From positions 113,075,321-113,139,320 of the forward strand of contig NC_068982.1 of the NCBI RefSeq assembly GCF_001194135.2: DNA of 64,000 bases, written 5' to 3'. Below are positions 50,700 through 64,000 of the stretch, piece after piece. Source of the stretch: Octopus bimaculoides. Its lineage: Eukaryota. Both the position numbers and the translations under genes were made by a program. Under the pieces are notes generated by a model. It did not search any database. It saw nothing but the letters and a program-made list of their open reading frames with translations, and had not been told where the DNA came from. How positions within the stretch are numbered: the stretch's first letter is position 1; every line of letters starts with the position of its first letter.

Positions 50700-51310
50700 A
50701 AAGACAAGAAAAGAAACAGTAGGGGAAAGAAATAAAACTGCATTTTCCAGTGCTTATTTGAGCGTGGACTAGGAGGTTTATTGCCCCTTATATGTTGGAT
50801 GACTTTCGGAAGTAAACTGAGGGTTGACGATATACTGTAAAGCAGTAAACAATGCAGTCACGTGTTCATATTAACTCCGGTCCTAATTTCGAAATGACGT
50901 ACTTTATTCTTTTTCGATTCTTTCCTGCGACACTCTGGTAGCATATCTGTAGTACCGGAGCTGTGACTTCGCAATACAGAGAGATGGTTGCTTAACCTCG
51001 AGGGACTCCTTGAACTTAGATCTATGTAGCCTGTCGAGAAACATTACTCCGGAGAACATTTAGTGTTCACAATGACAGGTCGCAGCTCCGGTGCTACTGG
51101 CATGCGATTAGAAGAAATCGGATTCTTCAAGCCAGGCCAACTGGTAGGAGACACAGACATAGACCAAAAATGAGATGGTTGGATAATATCCATAGTATCA
51201 GTTGGTCAAGCTTGGGAATCTATCTGGGAAGTGTAATGACGGTTGTTTCTCAAAGGACCATATGGTAGAGGGTCTTGAGGTCTCTATCCCCACGACCTTG
51301 CATGAAATAC
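50700..51310. mobile_element. RTE-clade LINE C-terminal fragments in inverted orientation
   Basis: QLRYY.. on the minus strand near 50930-50990, and QLRCYWH..G.HRHRPKMRWLDNI on the plus strand at 51060-51200. Confidence 0.5.
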
Positions 51311-51575
51311 TGAGAGAAGATGGATAGATGTATTTTATAGATGGTTTGCTTTTACACCAATGTACTCTTACGTCAGATACATCATAGTCTTCATATATAA
51401 TAAGTATAGAAAGTATTAGATGATGGATGTAATAAACTGTGGTTATGCGGTTGTAAAGGTTTAACTATATTCTGAACAGCGAAATAATTATACCGTAATT
51501 CGTATCGGTTCTGATGATCATGAATTTAATTTTGTATCAGCTATTGCAGCCATAAATAATTCTCATCTCTCGGCA

Positions 51576-51682
<107 letters not shown>

Positions 51683-52737
51683 TATCAACTGATCTGAATA
51701 TGCTCTACTTATATCTAATGAGACTGAATCAAACGTTATTTGTTGCTTTTACCAGCTGATTTAAGTATATTCTGATTTAATATATTCTTACCGAGCATTT
51801 TATATATTTTCCAATTTTGTATCAATTGCTTTATTAATTGTCCCCTTCGTTCGTTGTATTTGCATTGTAAATGCATCAAAGGGTGTTTACGTTTATTAAT
51901 TATATGGATAATCTCTTTTAATCGAAAGTGTTCATCCCTCCCTATTACATATGTGAAATCTTTTCTTTCATTTAGTAATTAGTACGCTCCACAGATAACG
52001 TTAAACTACCGCAGAGGTACTGTTCAACCAGAGACAACGCTGTTCCACTAGAGCGGACAACCAAAACCTTCATCCATAGATATTGGTGATAGCGTTGAAA
52101 TATTTTTGTCAACTGTATTATTTCAATAATATAACTTTGTTGTTTATCATCTTACTGATTTTCGTGATTTTGAAGTGATTTTTCTTAGCTGTAAGATATA
52201 GTTTTAGTTCCAAATTAGTTATTGGCTACAGTCAAGAATTATGTCATATAAGTTTTGTTGTTTATACAAAATAATTCTTTACTCACAAAACACTTCCAAC
52301 ATTTACTCTCACCACCTCTCACATCCATGAACTCCTACTATAACTAGGCAATGCTTTATATCTCCGCTCACTCCATAAACTTTCTCTCGGCTCTTCTTTC
52401 CAACCCCAACATCACTCAAAACCCAGAGAGAAAGTCAAGCATTATTTCGAAGTAACAAGATGGAATCCACGTAAAACAAGATGACAAGAGGAAGTAAGAA
52501 AGAACAGCGGCGAAGCTACAAGAGGGAGAGTAGGGATAAAATATCAAAAACTAAAATGAGGTATCAGAATGTAATGAAGATAAATTACGATAATGGATGA
52601 ACGAAATAGGAATAGTGAAATGGGGAGAAAAAAGACTTGATTTCCAGAAGAATGTACTGCATATTTATTTAGATCCCTAGTAATACTAACAACAATAAAT
52701 GAGAACTGTGGAAAATAATTCTTGCGTTCATGTGTGT

Positions 52738-52787
<50 letters not shown>

Positions 52788-55700
52788 TGTGTGTCTGTGT
52801 ATGTCGCGCGTGCGCACGTGCACGTGTGTGCGTGCGTGTGTGTGTGCGTGCGTGTACATGAGCAATAAATTATATATTTAAGTATTTGACCACGTATGTT
52901 AAATTTGATTGCATGAAGTTTCCAAAGTTGTCATCTTTAAAATAGCGTGTTAGCTCTAAAATGTATTTCATCAATTTGAAATAGATGCTGCAGTTTTAAA
53001 ACCCATAGAGCCCGAGGAAAAAGTTTAGAAACTAACACAATACCACAGTCACAGCTGTTTTATTTTGGTACGAGATAATTACACAGCAGCTGTAATTTCT
53101 AAGTCGAACCAGACGTTCTTTAAGCTTTCATTTATAGCCTAAGACGTATTATCACAACTTCTCTTTATCAGATTATGTACTGTGTTTCCACTGTCAAAGG
53201 AGCATGTTACAATTATTCTCCATTCCACTAATATTTCCTTTTAAGTAACATTTACTATTTATTTCATTTTCGACATGTTTTTATCATTATCAAAAGCCTA
53301 AATTAATAAAAAACCTCATCAGTCATTTCGTCCAAATATCATAAAAGAAAATATTATGCCTATATAAAAAGCACTCTACTTCATTTGCACATTAAGTAAT
53401 TGAAACAGTTTATGATGGTTAGTTGAACATCAAAACACACTATTATAAAATTGAAGGTTTATTTATATGTTATAAACTGAATCTCTCTATCGGAGTGTTG
53501 TAACGACCAAACATTATATTACTCTATTGTATAGAAACCCATTACACTGCCTTATATAACCGAATACAACTTTAAAGTAATTATATTTTCTCAGTCACTA
53601 TGTTGGCTGCGTAGGGAAATTAAATCTAAAACAACTTTCTCCAAATGTTTTATAGAATAATTTTACATCAATATGATCAACATAAAATAATCTAAATTTC
53701 TAGACAGAATTGCTGCCAAAACTACCGTTTCTGCAGAATGCAGCAGAGAGAGAAACGACAACAGACATATCTTTGAAAAATGTTCTAATTATACATAATG
53801 CTCTATTATAATATTATTTCCGGTTATTAAGCCAAACATTATGGCGAAACACTTTTAATTCGGCTTGTTTAGAATCACTTAAATTCTTCACTAACAAAAT
53901 GCTTAAAATCATTTATTTTATTGTTTTTTCGTGAGTTTTAAACAAACAGCATACATAAAAATATATACCTTACTATGGACAATAATTAGTTTGAGAAGTA
54001 GAGGTAATTACTCAGATCGTATTCATATTTGTGACTAACAATGAAAAATCCAGAGGCAACAAATATTTTAATTCATTTTCCTCCTTGATTCAAATATTTC
54101 AAAACGCGTGCTACTAAATCTAATTCCGGCATCATAACGAAAAATCCTGCCACGATCGTCTTTGCTTTTCATCTCCTCGGAGTCACTGAGGTAAGGCACT
54201 CGTCAAATACAAGGCTGGAGTTAACTGAATATATCATCTCCAAACAGTGAGGCCATGTACCAAAATAAGAAATCAATATTCTAAAACTTTTGCAAATCGC
54301 TAATTTAATATTTAGCAATATTAAGCTAATTGTTGTTCTTGTTTGTAGACTCAAAACCAAGTTTGTCCATTCACTGCTTGAAAATTGTTTTTCGATAGAG
54401 TGCATATAGCACTACATTTTAAATGTTACAGTGTGATATGAGATATATTTGGCTGCTATTTCTAACCCGCTGTGCTAATACATAAATACTTTCGTATCGT
54501 GTTCGATAAATGAATCGCTAATAATTCGGATCACTAACAGGGTTCAAGAATCGCATCACGTCTCTGCTTATAAATTTAAAGAATTAAATCATTACTATTA
54601 ATTACTCAGAAACGCTATCCGGTTTTCAGGAACAGTTAAGTATCAAAGTATTTAATATAGTGAGAATTGAGAAATACTTAGGCAGCGAGGAAACGTAATA
54701 GTGATTCAGTTACTATCATTTAGAGTGTTTGGTTAATTACAACGGGAAAATAATATTATAATTTGTGTATGGACATGATTCTTAACTGGCTTTGTCTACT
54801 TAGCTGTAAATGGGTACTACCAGCGTGCTGCGGTAAGACTACTAATTTCTAATATTTCGTTAATTTATAGACCTGAATTTAATAACTCCCGTAGATATAA
54901 TTGATTAGAATGAAACTTCTGTGCTTTGTACTGCTACTACAGAAATTCTACTTCTCTGATCTGGTTAGCCTAGTACCACCCTCTCGAGCAATTCCGATTT
55001 ATTTTTCTCTGATTCTTTTGTCACCTACATTGTGCTCAGGCTTACAGGCGGGGAAACTGGGGTTTGATACAGTTCTATGCCCAAGACGTCCTTCTCAAAA
55101 CTCCTGGAAATTTCTTCCTATTCATGTTTCTCTTGTAGCCATTAACTTATGATGAATCACGAGGAAATTTAATTGCATCTTTCTCACTGGTTTCCAAAGA
55201 TCTTTCAACAGCTATGAGTATAATCTCTCCTGCCCCCCCCCCTAAAAATAAAACTACACACGATTCAATGTTCATTTTATTCTTTTACATGTAATAAAAT
55301 AACTAGCAATTGTATTGTAGGGTCAACTTCCAGACAAAGGAGAGGCAAAATCGATAGTAACGGAAAATTCCTGACTGAAGTTCAAAGCCTATCTGACTGA
55401 GACTCCATTATGCTTCCTTCCATTTCCTAGAAAGTAATGGTCTTCATAGGCAAGTAATGCTCTTCATGTGGCCTACAACACATCAGACCAAGCGTTTTGT
55501 GGACCTGTTCAACGTTACGCAATATTACAGTCCACGTTGTCATAATAACGATAAAAACGGACTAAGGTGTGAGAAATCGAGTATAAATCTTCATTAAAGA
55601 AACCCAAACAGACGTTATTTTCATATTTAAATTTTATGAAGTCTTTGTTTATATCTGCACTTAAACGTTCATGATCACGAATAATACGTGAATATGTAAT

Positions 55701-56819
55701 TATATACAAATGTGGTAGTTAAAGAAAAGTTAATAAACACGTGAATAAATATGAATAAACATATTTGTTGAAATACAAATTTCAACTTAAAATATTAAAT
55801 ACAAAAGATTTTCTGATGCAGTGATTGAAATTTTGTAAACATGTACCTGTTAATGAACTTGTTTATCTCTTCTTTTTAATTTGTTTCTTACGTTGCTCTC
55901 TCTCTCTCTCTCTTTCTTTCTTTCTCTCTCTTCCTCTCACACCCATCCCCTCTCCCTCTCTATATATATCTGTGTGTCTATATACATACATACATATATA
56001 TATATATATTAATAGTTATCGCCAAGCTAACATGGCAGTCCAAAAAAATAGGACGAATGCTGCCGTTGTTTCGCTCCAAGAGGCCATCGCCTTTAGCTAG
56101 CTATGTGGCACACGAACCTGTGTCCATTATAACCTTCAGATAGGGGAGGTCAGCTGCTTCCCCTTGCTTGTCTGGCATCTACAGACTAGTTTCAANNNNN
56201 NNNNNNNNNNNNNNNNNNNNNNNNNNNNNNNNNNNNNNNNNNNNNNNNNNNNNNNNNNNNNNNNNNNNNNNNNNNNNNNNATATATATGCATATATATAT
56301 ATATATTAATAGTTATCGCCAAGCTAACATGGCAGTCCAAAAAAATAGGACGAATGCTGCCGTTGTTTCGCTCCAAGAGGCCATCGCCTTTAGCTAGCTA
56401 TGTGGCACACGAACCTGTGTCCATTATAACCTTCAGATAGGGGAGGTCAGCTGCTTCCCCTTGCTTGTCTGGCATCTACAGACTAGTTTCAAGGTATTTG
56501 CCCGATATCAATGAAGAGCAGCCGAACCGGGCACGTGTCGCTACTGACCGTTTGTTCGAAGGATTATTTACCTAATTTCAGTGGAATACATTCACTGGTT
56601 TTCAAAATATATATATATATACGTATATGCATACACATATATGTATGTATGTATGAATATGTGCAGGTGTATATGTATGTGTCACAAACAAGTACTCCTG
56701 GTAACATGTATAACATGTATCAATGTTGAGTTGAAACGGAGTAAACTAGCTCACCCAGTAGGATAATCTAATTAGGAGAGTTATTAAATATCTGTCAAAG
56801 GGCCGATAAACACAACGTA

Positions 56820-57750
56820 CGACCAATAGCTATATTGCATCAAAATATGATATATAGAAATATGCAAGTTGCTGAACAAGAGCATTGTAAGGCCACTAGT
56901 TAGAAAATCCATGTAGGCGTTCGAAAACTCCGAATTTTAAATGCACCATTACGTTGTGTGTTGCCTTGGTTTACTAAGTAAAGGTGAAGAAAACTGTAAT
57001 ATAAAACCGCAGTTTGTTGATCCTGCTAGTGATGTTAATCTCTTATTGTCACTGGGAAATAGTAGCAAATATTTCGAGGTTGATTTTGTTGTAGATACGT
57101 CTGGCCCTATGAGCCCTACAATATATAGGTACTATAAAGCACTGCAATACGTTGTATCTAACAATGTTATTAATATCTAATCTAATAGAAAGCATACCTC
57201 ATCTAGCATCTTATGCAATGTTTGTCCTTATCCTCCGTGTTGATGGTTTTAGGCGACCGGAGTAGTTAATTTATGGCTAATTAGTTCTCGATAATGGTGC
57301 CAAGCACAATCGGAAACGATATTTCACGACGTCACAAAAATAAGTCTAAGTCATTGAACCTCAAATGTGTTAACTGCAAACATACGCAGTGAATAGAAGA
57401 GAATGTCAATCTACAACTAGACAGCCTGTTATTTCGGAAAATTCGTATTGCACTTCAAGCAGCGAAACATAATGTTCCAAAAGCTACAGGCTATTGGATT
57501 GAAGTAAGCGATTGTCATCGCACAGTTCTGCGGTCAAGAGAAACAGATGTCACACAGGAGAATGTCAGGAACTTGGCAAGAAACACAACCTGTAACTCTG
57601 GATACTAAGTGTTGACAGATGGAGAAATAATGTATGAAATTCTTGCTGGTGACAATAGAGCAAATGTAGATGACGAAAACGATAGGCCCAAGAAATCCCA
57701 ATTCTCTGTTATATGAGAATCCCTGGATAAAATCACTTCATATGTAAGTT
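56820..57750 (+). mobile_element. Possible highly decayed pogo/Tigger-like transposase
   Basis: IASKYDI (HTH-like) and VLTDGEIMYEIL..DDEND (Tigger-like C-terminal acidic stretch); many stops. Confidence 0.3.
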
Positions 57751-58118
57751 TACAACAGAAACTGTTGTTCAGTAATATCATAAATATCTTCGAGCCTAAA
57801 GGGAACTATTATTTGAAAGTTACTATCAAAATTCGATTAATTGTTTCAGATAATTCGTCCCAACTTTGCTGCAGCTGTCAAATTTGCAGATGATATTGAT
57901 GGCTTGCCTGCCGCAGATTTAGTCTCTTCTTAGCTATCAAAGGTGGAAGGCAACGGCCAGTGGAGTGCGCATAGCTACATGTTTCGTAATGACAAGTGAT
58001 CTTTGTCTTTATCTCCTCCATACATCGAGTTCATTTGTCATCTACCTCAGGTAACGTTTTACAGTATTAAGATTTTTAAGTTGTACATAATGTAAAGTTA
58101 AGTAAATCTGTAATGTGT

Positions 58119-58173
<55 letters not shown>

Positions 58174-58419
58174 TGTTAATGTTGTAGTGTTACGCGATAA
58201 AAAGGCTGCAGACGCAATATCAGCAAGTCAGTAAGAAAGTCATTGGAAAGATTAACTGGTAATGTTATGAACTGTTATGCCACATCAGTGTTATACAGAT
58301 GTATATCGTGTTCATCTAATCATTCTTTCGTCTGTAACTCTAACCGTTTTTTACGTAAACTAAAACAATGAAATCGGATTTTTTTGTTTCTGTAAGGATA
58401 AGAATGGACTTAATATTGA

Positions 58420-58630
58420 TTTCAAATTTTGGCTAAAGGTCAGCAGGTTCGAGGGAGGAGAGAAGTTCATTCCATTGACCCAGTGCTCAGCTGGTACTTA
58501 TTTTACCAACCTTGAAAGGATGAAGGCAAAGTCATTTAAGGTGCAATTTGAACTCAGAACGTAAGGAATGGATGAAGTGCCGCTAAGCGTTTTGTCCGGC
58601 GTGCTAACGATTCTGCCAGCTCGACGTCCT
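58420..58630 (-). mobile_element. tRNA-derived SINE (family A)
   Basis: ctggtacttatttt..gaaaggatgaaggcaaagtc..aatttgaactcagaacg..ccggcgtgctaacgattctgccagctcg. Confidence 0.85.
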
Positions 58631-60256
58631 AAAGGGGATTTATGATATTCATGGTACATACGTCTCTGTTACAAGTGTAATGGAAGGAAAAGACGGATTT
58701 AAAATTCCAATCATCAGCAGCTTACCTTTTACACGACTGAGCTATCCACAGAACAAAAATATTAATAATGCTGCAATGTATTGTTTGACGATTGAATGAT
58801 ACAACTAGCTTCTTTTTCTCTCATTTTGAAAAGGAAATGTAAAGCTTTTCACTGCAAGATTTCTATATTATCTCTGGAAAATATCTTCGAGGATATAAAG
58901 ACATACCATGCCAATTTTATCACATTTTAATATCAGTGGCATCATTCTGTCATAAAACGTATTGCTTATTTGTAAACCGTGGTAGAAGTAAGAAAAAAAA
59001 ATCGTTTGGTGTCATAAAAATGGTGTATACTGCATAATAATTATCCGAGATACGTGTTGCAATTTAAATCATTTTGAAAGATTTATGAAGTGTCTAATCT
59101 TTGGAATTATTTTTAAAGTTTATTTTTGTATTTGAATAAATAACTGCGTGTTGGATTTTGATTTTAAACAAATCTTCATTTTCATAAAATTTTAAATAGA
59201 ATTGCATACTTCAATACGATTGAACACTGAAGAGGTTGTCGGTTGGAGGAAGTGCCATTACATAGCCATCACAACATATTTAGTAGCTAGGGCACAGACA
59301 ACTTACATACTTAAGATAAACACAAGAACTAATGCTGAAAAATGAAACTAAATAATGCTATACCGTGTGACGCTAAAAGCAAGAAAACTATAACAAAGAA
59401 AATAATTTTAATGGATTTTGTAATTAGAATGAAAATATTTTAAATTGAACGCAATGTTAGAGCTTAGCTTCCAGAGTTTCAAATGCGTTTCTTTGTTACA
59501 GCCTCTGTAAAGCTTCAGCTCTAGAGGAAATAAAAAAGATTCAACGAAAACCACGTTATTCCCTACTCTTTTAAAATTTTCTTACGATGCGTTATAAAAC
59601 GAAAGAAAACGAGTTTCTGTCGATAAATGAAATAACTATATATCATTTGTCGTGTTTCAAGAAATTTCAGCTGATCACGTGAGAATTTTCCAACGCCACA
59701 GGAAATTTTTGTCTTACCGAAAAATTGATTTTACATCTGTTTTGTAACAGTACAACTTGGAAATATAACAAAAACATTGCAAATAGAAAAAAAGATCATC
59801 GTATGACATCTTTTATTTTTCAACCATAGATCGCAAGAAAGCTCCTGTGGCAGAATAATAGTAAGAAATGTAATATCATTACATGATTTTATTGATTTTA
59901 TCAAGAATTCTTTGAAAGTGTGTTTCTCTATACTGGCATTTTAATACGAATAGCTGTTTGGTCATATATGCACCGAAACACCCACACGTCTACTAACAAT
60001 ATCTGTTGTATAGCTGTCCGTGTTTAAATGCGCCTGTATGTATGTAAGTATACATACGCATATATGTGTGCATTTGGATTTCTTAATATTACTTATATTG
60101 CCAAAAAATTCTGGTTTGGCAGAACCGTTAGAACATCAGAAAAATTCCTTGCGGTATTTAGTTACGGTGTTTCGCTTTTCATCCTTCCGTGCTCCATAAA
60201 ATAAAGTAGCAGCGGTGTACTTTATGTGACAAATCAATACTATTACATTACTCCCA

Positions 60257-60293
<37 letters not shown>

Positions 60294-60508
60294 AATTTTG
60301 TATTTAGGCATTGTTCGCTATGGAAGTGGAAATCAGAGTTCACAGCGTGCGGTTATTAAAAACATCAAATAAGTCAACAGAATGCATTTCACCAATCACA
60401 GGTGAAAGGGAAAAACCTGAAAACCAGTTAACATTAATGAAGCCTTATATAATGAAAAATAATTGAGGAACTGAAATATTCTTTCTTGAAATTATACTTT
60501 TCTCTATA

Positions 60509-61702
60509 CAGGGTTGGGACAAAATAATGGAAACACCTAGCATAATAACATCATAATGTTGATATATCTATAAAGCCGCCAAAAGCTTGTTTATTTTTAT
60601 GATTTATGATTTATTATTAGTGTTGCTCAATATGCTTTGATAAAATTGCTGTTTCTTTTCCGATATCATCAGAGAAAGGTAATTAAAATTCATTAAACTG
60701 ACAGATCTATCGAACTTTCAAAGCGGTCAAATTGTTGGTGCTCATATGGCAGGAGCTAGCGTAATGAAAACATCCAAAATGTTTGGTGTATCAAGAAGTA
60801 CTGTCTCGAAAGTAATGACAGCCTCTGAGAAAGAGGGGAAGACCTCTTCGTCGAAACAAAATTCCGGAAGAAAACCAAAACTTTCAGAAAGAGACTGTCG
60901 GACTCTTACGTGAATTGTTAGAAAGGATCACAAAAGTACAGCTCCCAACATTACTACAGAGCTTAATGACCATCCCGAGAACCCAGTTTCCACAAAAACA
61001 GTTCGCCGGTAGTTGCACAAAACCGGGATTCAAAAACCACTATTTTCAAAAACAAACGTTCCAAAGCGTTTAGAATGGAGTAAAAACCTACAGAATTGGT
61101 CCCTAGAGCAGTGGAAGAATGTTATTTTCACGGACGAGTCATCCTTTACTTTATTTCCCACCACCAGCCGAATATACTTGTGAAGACAGCCAAAAGAAGC
61201 ATTTGACCCAGACTGCCTTCTTTCACCTGTTAAGCATGAAGTAGGATCTGTGATGATCTGGGGGGCTATATCTTGGAAATCCGCCACCTGAATTCATCCT
61301 ATGGTTGCGGAATTGCTTCCGGAGAGAAACGCAATCTTTCAGGATGCCAATGTACCAATTCACACAGCTAAAGTTGTTACTGAATGGCACGAGAAACATT
61401 CTAGTGAAGTTGAACATCTTATCTGGCCACCACAGTCCCCAGATTTCAATATTATTGAACATTTACGGTGTATTTTAGAAAAACATGTATGGAGTCGATA
61501 TCCTCCACCGTCATCACTGCAAAAACTGGGGACTGCTTTAGCTGAAGAATGGACAAAAATTCTTTGGTAACAATTCAAATTTTGTACAATTCTATTACCT
61601 CGTAGAATTCAAGCAGTAATTACTGCCAAAGGCGGGCCTACTCCATATTAAAATAATTTGTTTGAAATTTCAAGGTGTTTCCATTATTTTGTCCAGCCCC
61701 TG
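60509..61702 (+). mobile_element. Tc1-type DNA transposon, DD36E/Incomer-like, full-length boundaries, inactive
   Basis: 30-bp TIRs CAGGG(TTG/GCT)GGACAAAATAATGGAAACACCT (27/30 identical); TA TSD at 60507-60508 and 61703-61704. Confidence 0.92.
60698..61650 (+). pseudogene. Tc1 transposase pseudogene (stops, deletions, second catalytic D mutated to A)
   Basis: HTH region, GRKPKLSERD, WKNVIFTDES, GSVMIWGAIS, FQD(A)NVPIHTA..WPPQSPDFNIIE, RIQAVITAKGGPTPY*. Confidence 0.9.
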
Positions 61703-63929
61703 TATATATAAATCGGGCCTAGTTTTCAGTTTAGAGCAGATTTGGTTTTATTGTTATAATGTTGTGCATAGTTCTATGCATTCAATTCTAATATATTTTT
61801 ACGGGTTAATATGTTACTATCTGATAGGTTTCACAGTGTAAGCTACATGACGTATTCACTATTTCTTTTATTTTTCGGGGTGGTGTTGGGAGAAAGCTAC
61901 TTGTCATATATAATATATTCAATGTAATTCAAATAATTCCAAGAGATCATTGATGACGAGAACAATATCCTATAACTCCATTTTAGAAACAAATATTGTT
62001 TTGTTTTCTGTTGGGGCAACAACTCTTCGTATCTTATTAGTCATGAGCAAAACAGCAATTATTAACATGCAAGTTCATATGGCTGGAATTTAAGGAAAAA
62101 TATTATATCGCATATGCAACTACTAACGTAGTTTCTGAAGATAAACACTGCAAATTCTCGGATTGAGCGATTAATTTTATTGCAAGCCAGCCTGATATAT
62201 GAGCGGCTTGACAAAAGATTTTTATGTTTTCAATTCTATACCTTGAAATTCATTGTTAACGATTTTACACTTTATTTTTATTACTACGAGCCAAACATTT
62301 TAAGTATTCAGTTTTCTTCAAAGGATTCGACTTTCTGTACCGTTAAATGTATTCTCTATTCTCTGTAATCCCATATATTCTAGTGTCTTCTTCAAGAACA
62401 GTTAATATTAACAATACTTCCCACCACAAATGCAAAATATGAAACAGAAGTTTTAATAAACATAGGATCATATTAATAGCATATTAGCAAATGACATCCT
62501 AGCAACGGATGATGAAATGATGAAATATCCTAGAAAGTATTTGATCTATAATGGGCAGCTATTACTGTGTACGCCAATTGTTATATGAGTAAATGATCAG
62601 TTGATTTAACTGGTTTATTTAAACATCAAAGAAAAAGTGTATTTCTGATTGCCTCATGAGTAACCGTTTTTTTTTTTTTGTTCTTATAATGCTTGAAAAA
62701 TGAATGTTTCAAAAAATTCTTCGATGTTTTCCGACACATTTCAGTCCATATTCCATAGCATAGTTCTCAAAATTCACGTTTGCTAAGTCTCATATTTAAT
62801 CATTCGTTTCAAAATGAATAATAATATTAATAAATAGACCTAGAAGTGTTTAATCTGAAATAATTTTACGCACTTTTTCTTCATTACAGTCTCATATATA
62901 CAAGCGGACTCCATAAAATCGACGTGGTTAATAAAACTTGGAAAATCTTGTGTGCTAAATTGTTATACTCGACGGAAATTTTTTCCTTTTACTGTTATTT
63001 ATGATTCTAGTGCTATAGAATAATAAATAATAATAAATCAAGAAAAAAGATGATACGGTTTAAAGACTGTTGTTGCTATTGCTGTTAAGTAGTCCACAAT
63101 TGCTAACCTGACAATACGCTTTTACCATGCCTCTATAATTGAAAAATGTAATCTTTTATAGATACAGTAAATCAATGCCACTCAATACTCTGATAGGATT
63201 TAAAGTGTCAATAAGGGAAAATACGACAATAACCACACAAACTGTGTTTTCATATAACACGAAGAAAGGGTAGATTTATGGGTGTTAAAAGTTTCTTTGA
63301 AGTGTCAGAAAGCGCCGATAAACGTTAATTCCATCGTCAAATATACGAGTAAATAGGAAAAGCACTCAAATTTACATATCTCTCTGTAGTGAAACGTTTT
63401 TTCTTGTAGTGAAAGGAATCCTAACGGATAAATATATTCCTGAATAGCTATTTGGTTCTTCTATTCTTTACTTATTTGATCATGTTAAGAGGGATTTGCT
63501 ATGTAGCTTTCTAAAAAAAATCTTTACTTCATATTGACAGATGTTCCACTTTTTTTGGCATTTCAATATGAATGAGGTTATTCATATTTATGCTGAATAT
63601 TAATACCGTTGATTTATTTCATATACTCGTAAACGAAACTCCCAATTACGTTTTAATATATGATTATCTAAGCCCAGTTTACATTCATAGCTTAATTTAA
63701 TTAGCAGTTGTCAGTAATAAACATTCGTTCATGTTCGTATATTATGGCGGCATATGTGGGTCTTGAAGAAAGCTATTAAACTTCAAACTGAGAGTATTAT
63801 TAAATCTGACTATTAAAGGTCTGTTGCATAGACTCGTGTATGTTACTGGTATATATTGGATTCTCCTCTGGGGGTAGGCAAATCAAACTTTAATCTGGAC
63901 AAGATCTAAATTAAGATACGTAGATAAAT

Positions 63930-64000
63930 AATGGCTTCAAATTTTGACGCAAGCTCAACAATTTCGAGTAAGACGATTACATGGATCCCAGTACTCACCT
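63930..64000 (-). mobile_element. SINE family A 3' part running off the window edge
   Basis: ttcaaatttt..cgattacatggatcccagtactc. Confidence 0.45.

Noticed and set aside
55980-56492. Direct duplication of about 210 bp flanking gap 56196-56280
   Set aside because: Apparently identical copies on both sides of a gap are typical of uncollapsed contig overlap.
62380-62760. Possible Helitron helicase traces (DD..YP..YL)
   Set aside because: Too short and degenerate to support a call.

Overview
AT-rich (roughly one-third GC by eye) eukaryotic draft-assembly sequence with 8 N-gaps and very dense di-, tri- and tetranucleotide microsatellites. The repeat landscape (tRNA-headed SINEs including OR2/CORE-like ones, R4/Dong-like and Tx1-like LINEs, Penelope-like elements) suggests a cephalopod, probably Octopus; this is an inference. 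No complete intact protein-coding gene or RNA gene is visible. Most ORF-track entries are microsatellite or gap artefacts, or decayed transposon fragments. Recognisable elements: a full-length but inactivated Tc1-type transposon with DD36E (Incomer-like) spacing, TIRs and TA TSD (60509-61702); an internally deleted endonuclease-encoding Helentron with a mini non-autonomous partner (48675-50207); a DD37D mariner remnant split by a SINE (30009-31111); several Penelope-like remnants; and many SINEs. The strongest unexpected signal is a canonical minimal type I hammerhead ribozyme at 4004-4071 (+) in a Penelope-like repeat, plus putative core-variant hammerheads at 44566-44830. A few small minus-strand exon candidates, one encoding a RHIM-like motif, may belong to a long-intron host gene, but this is weakly supported.
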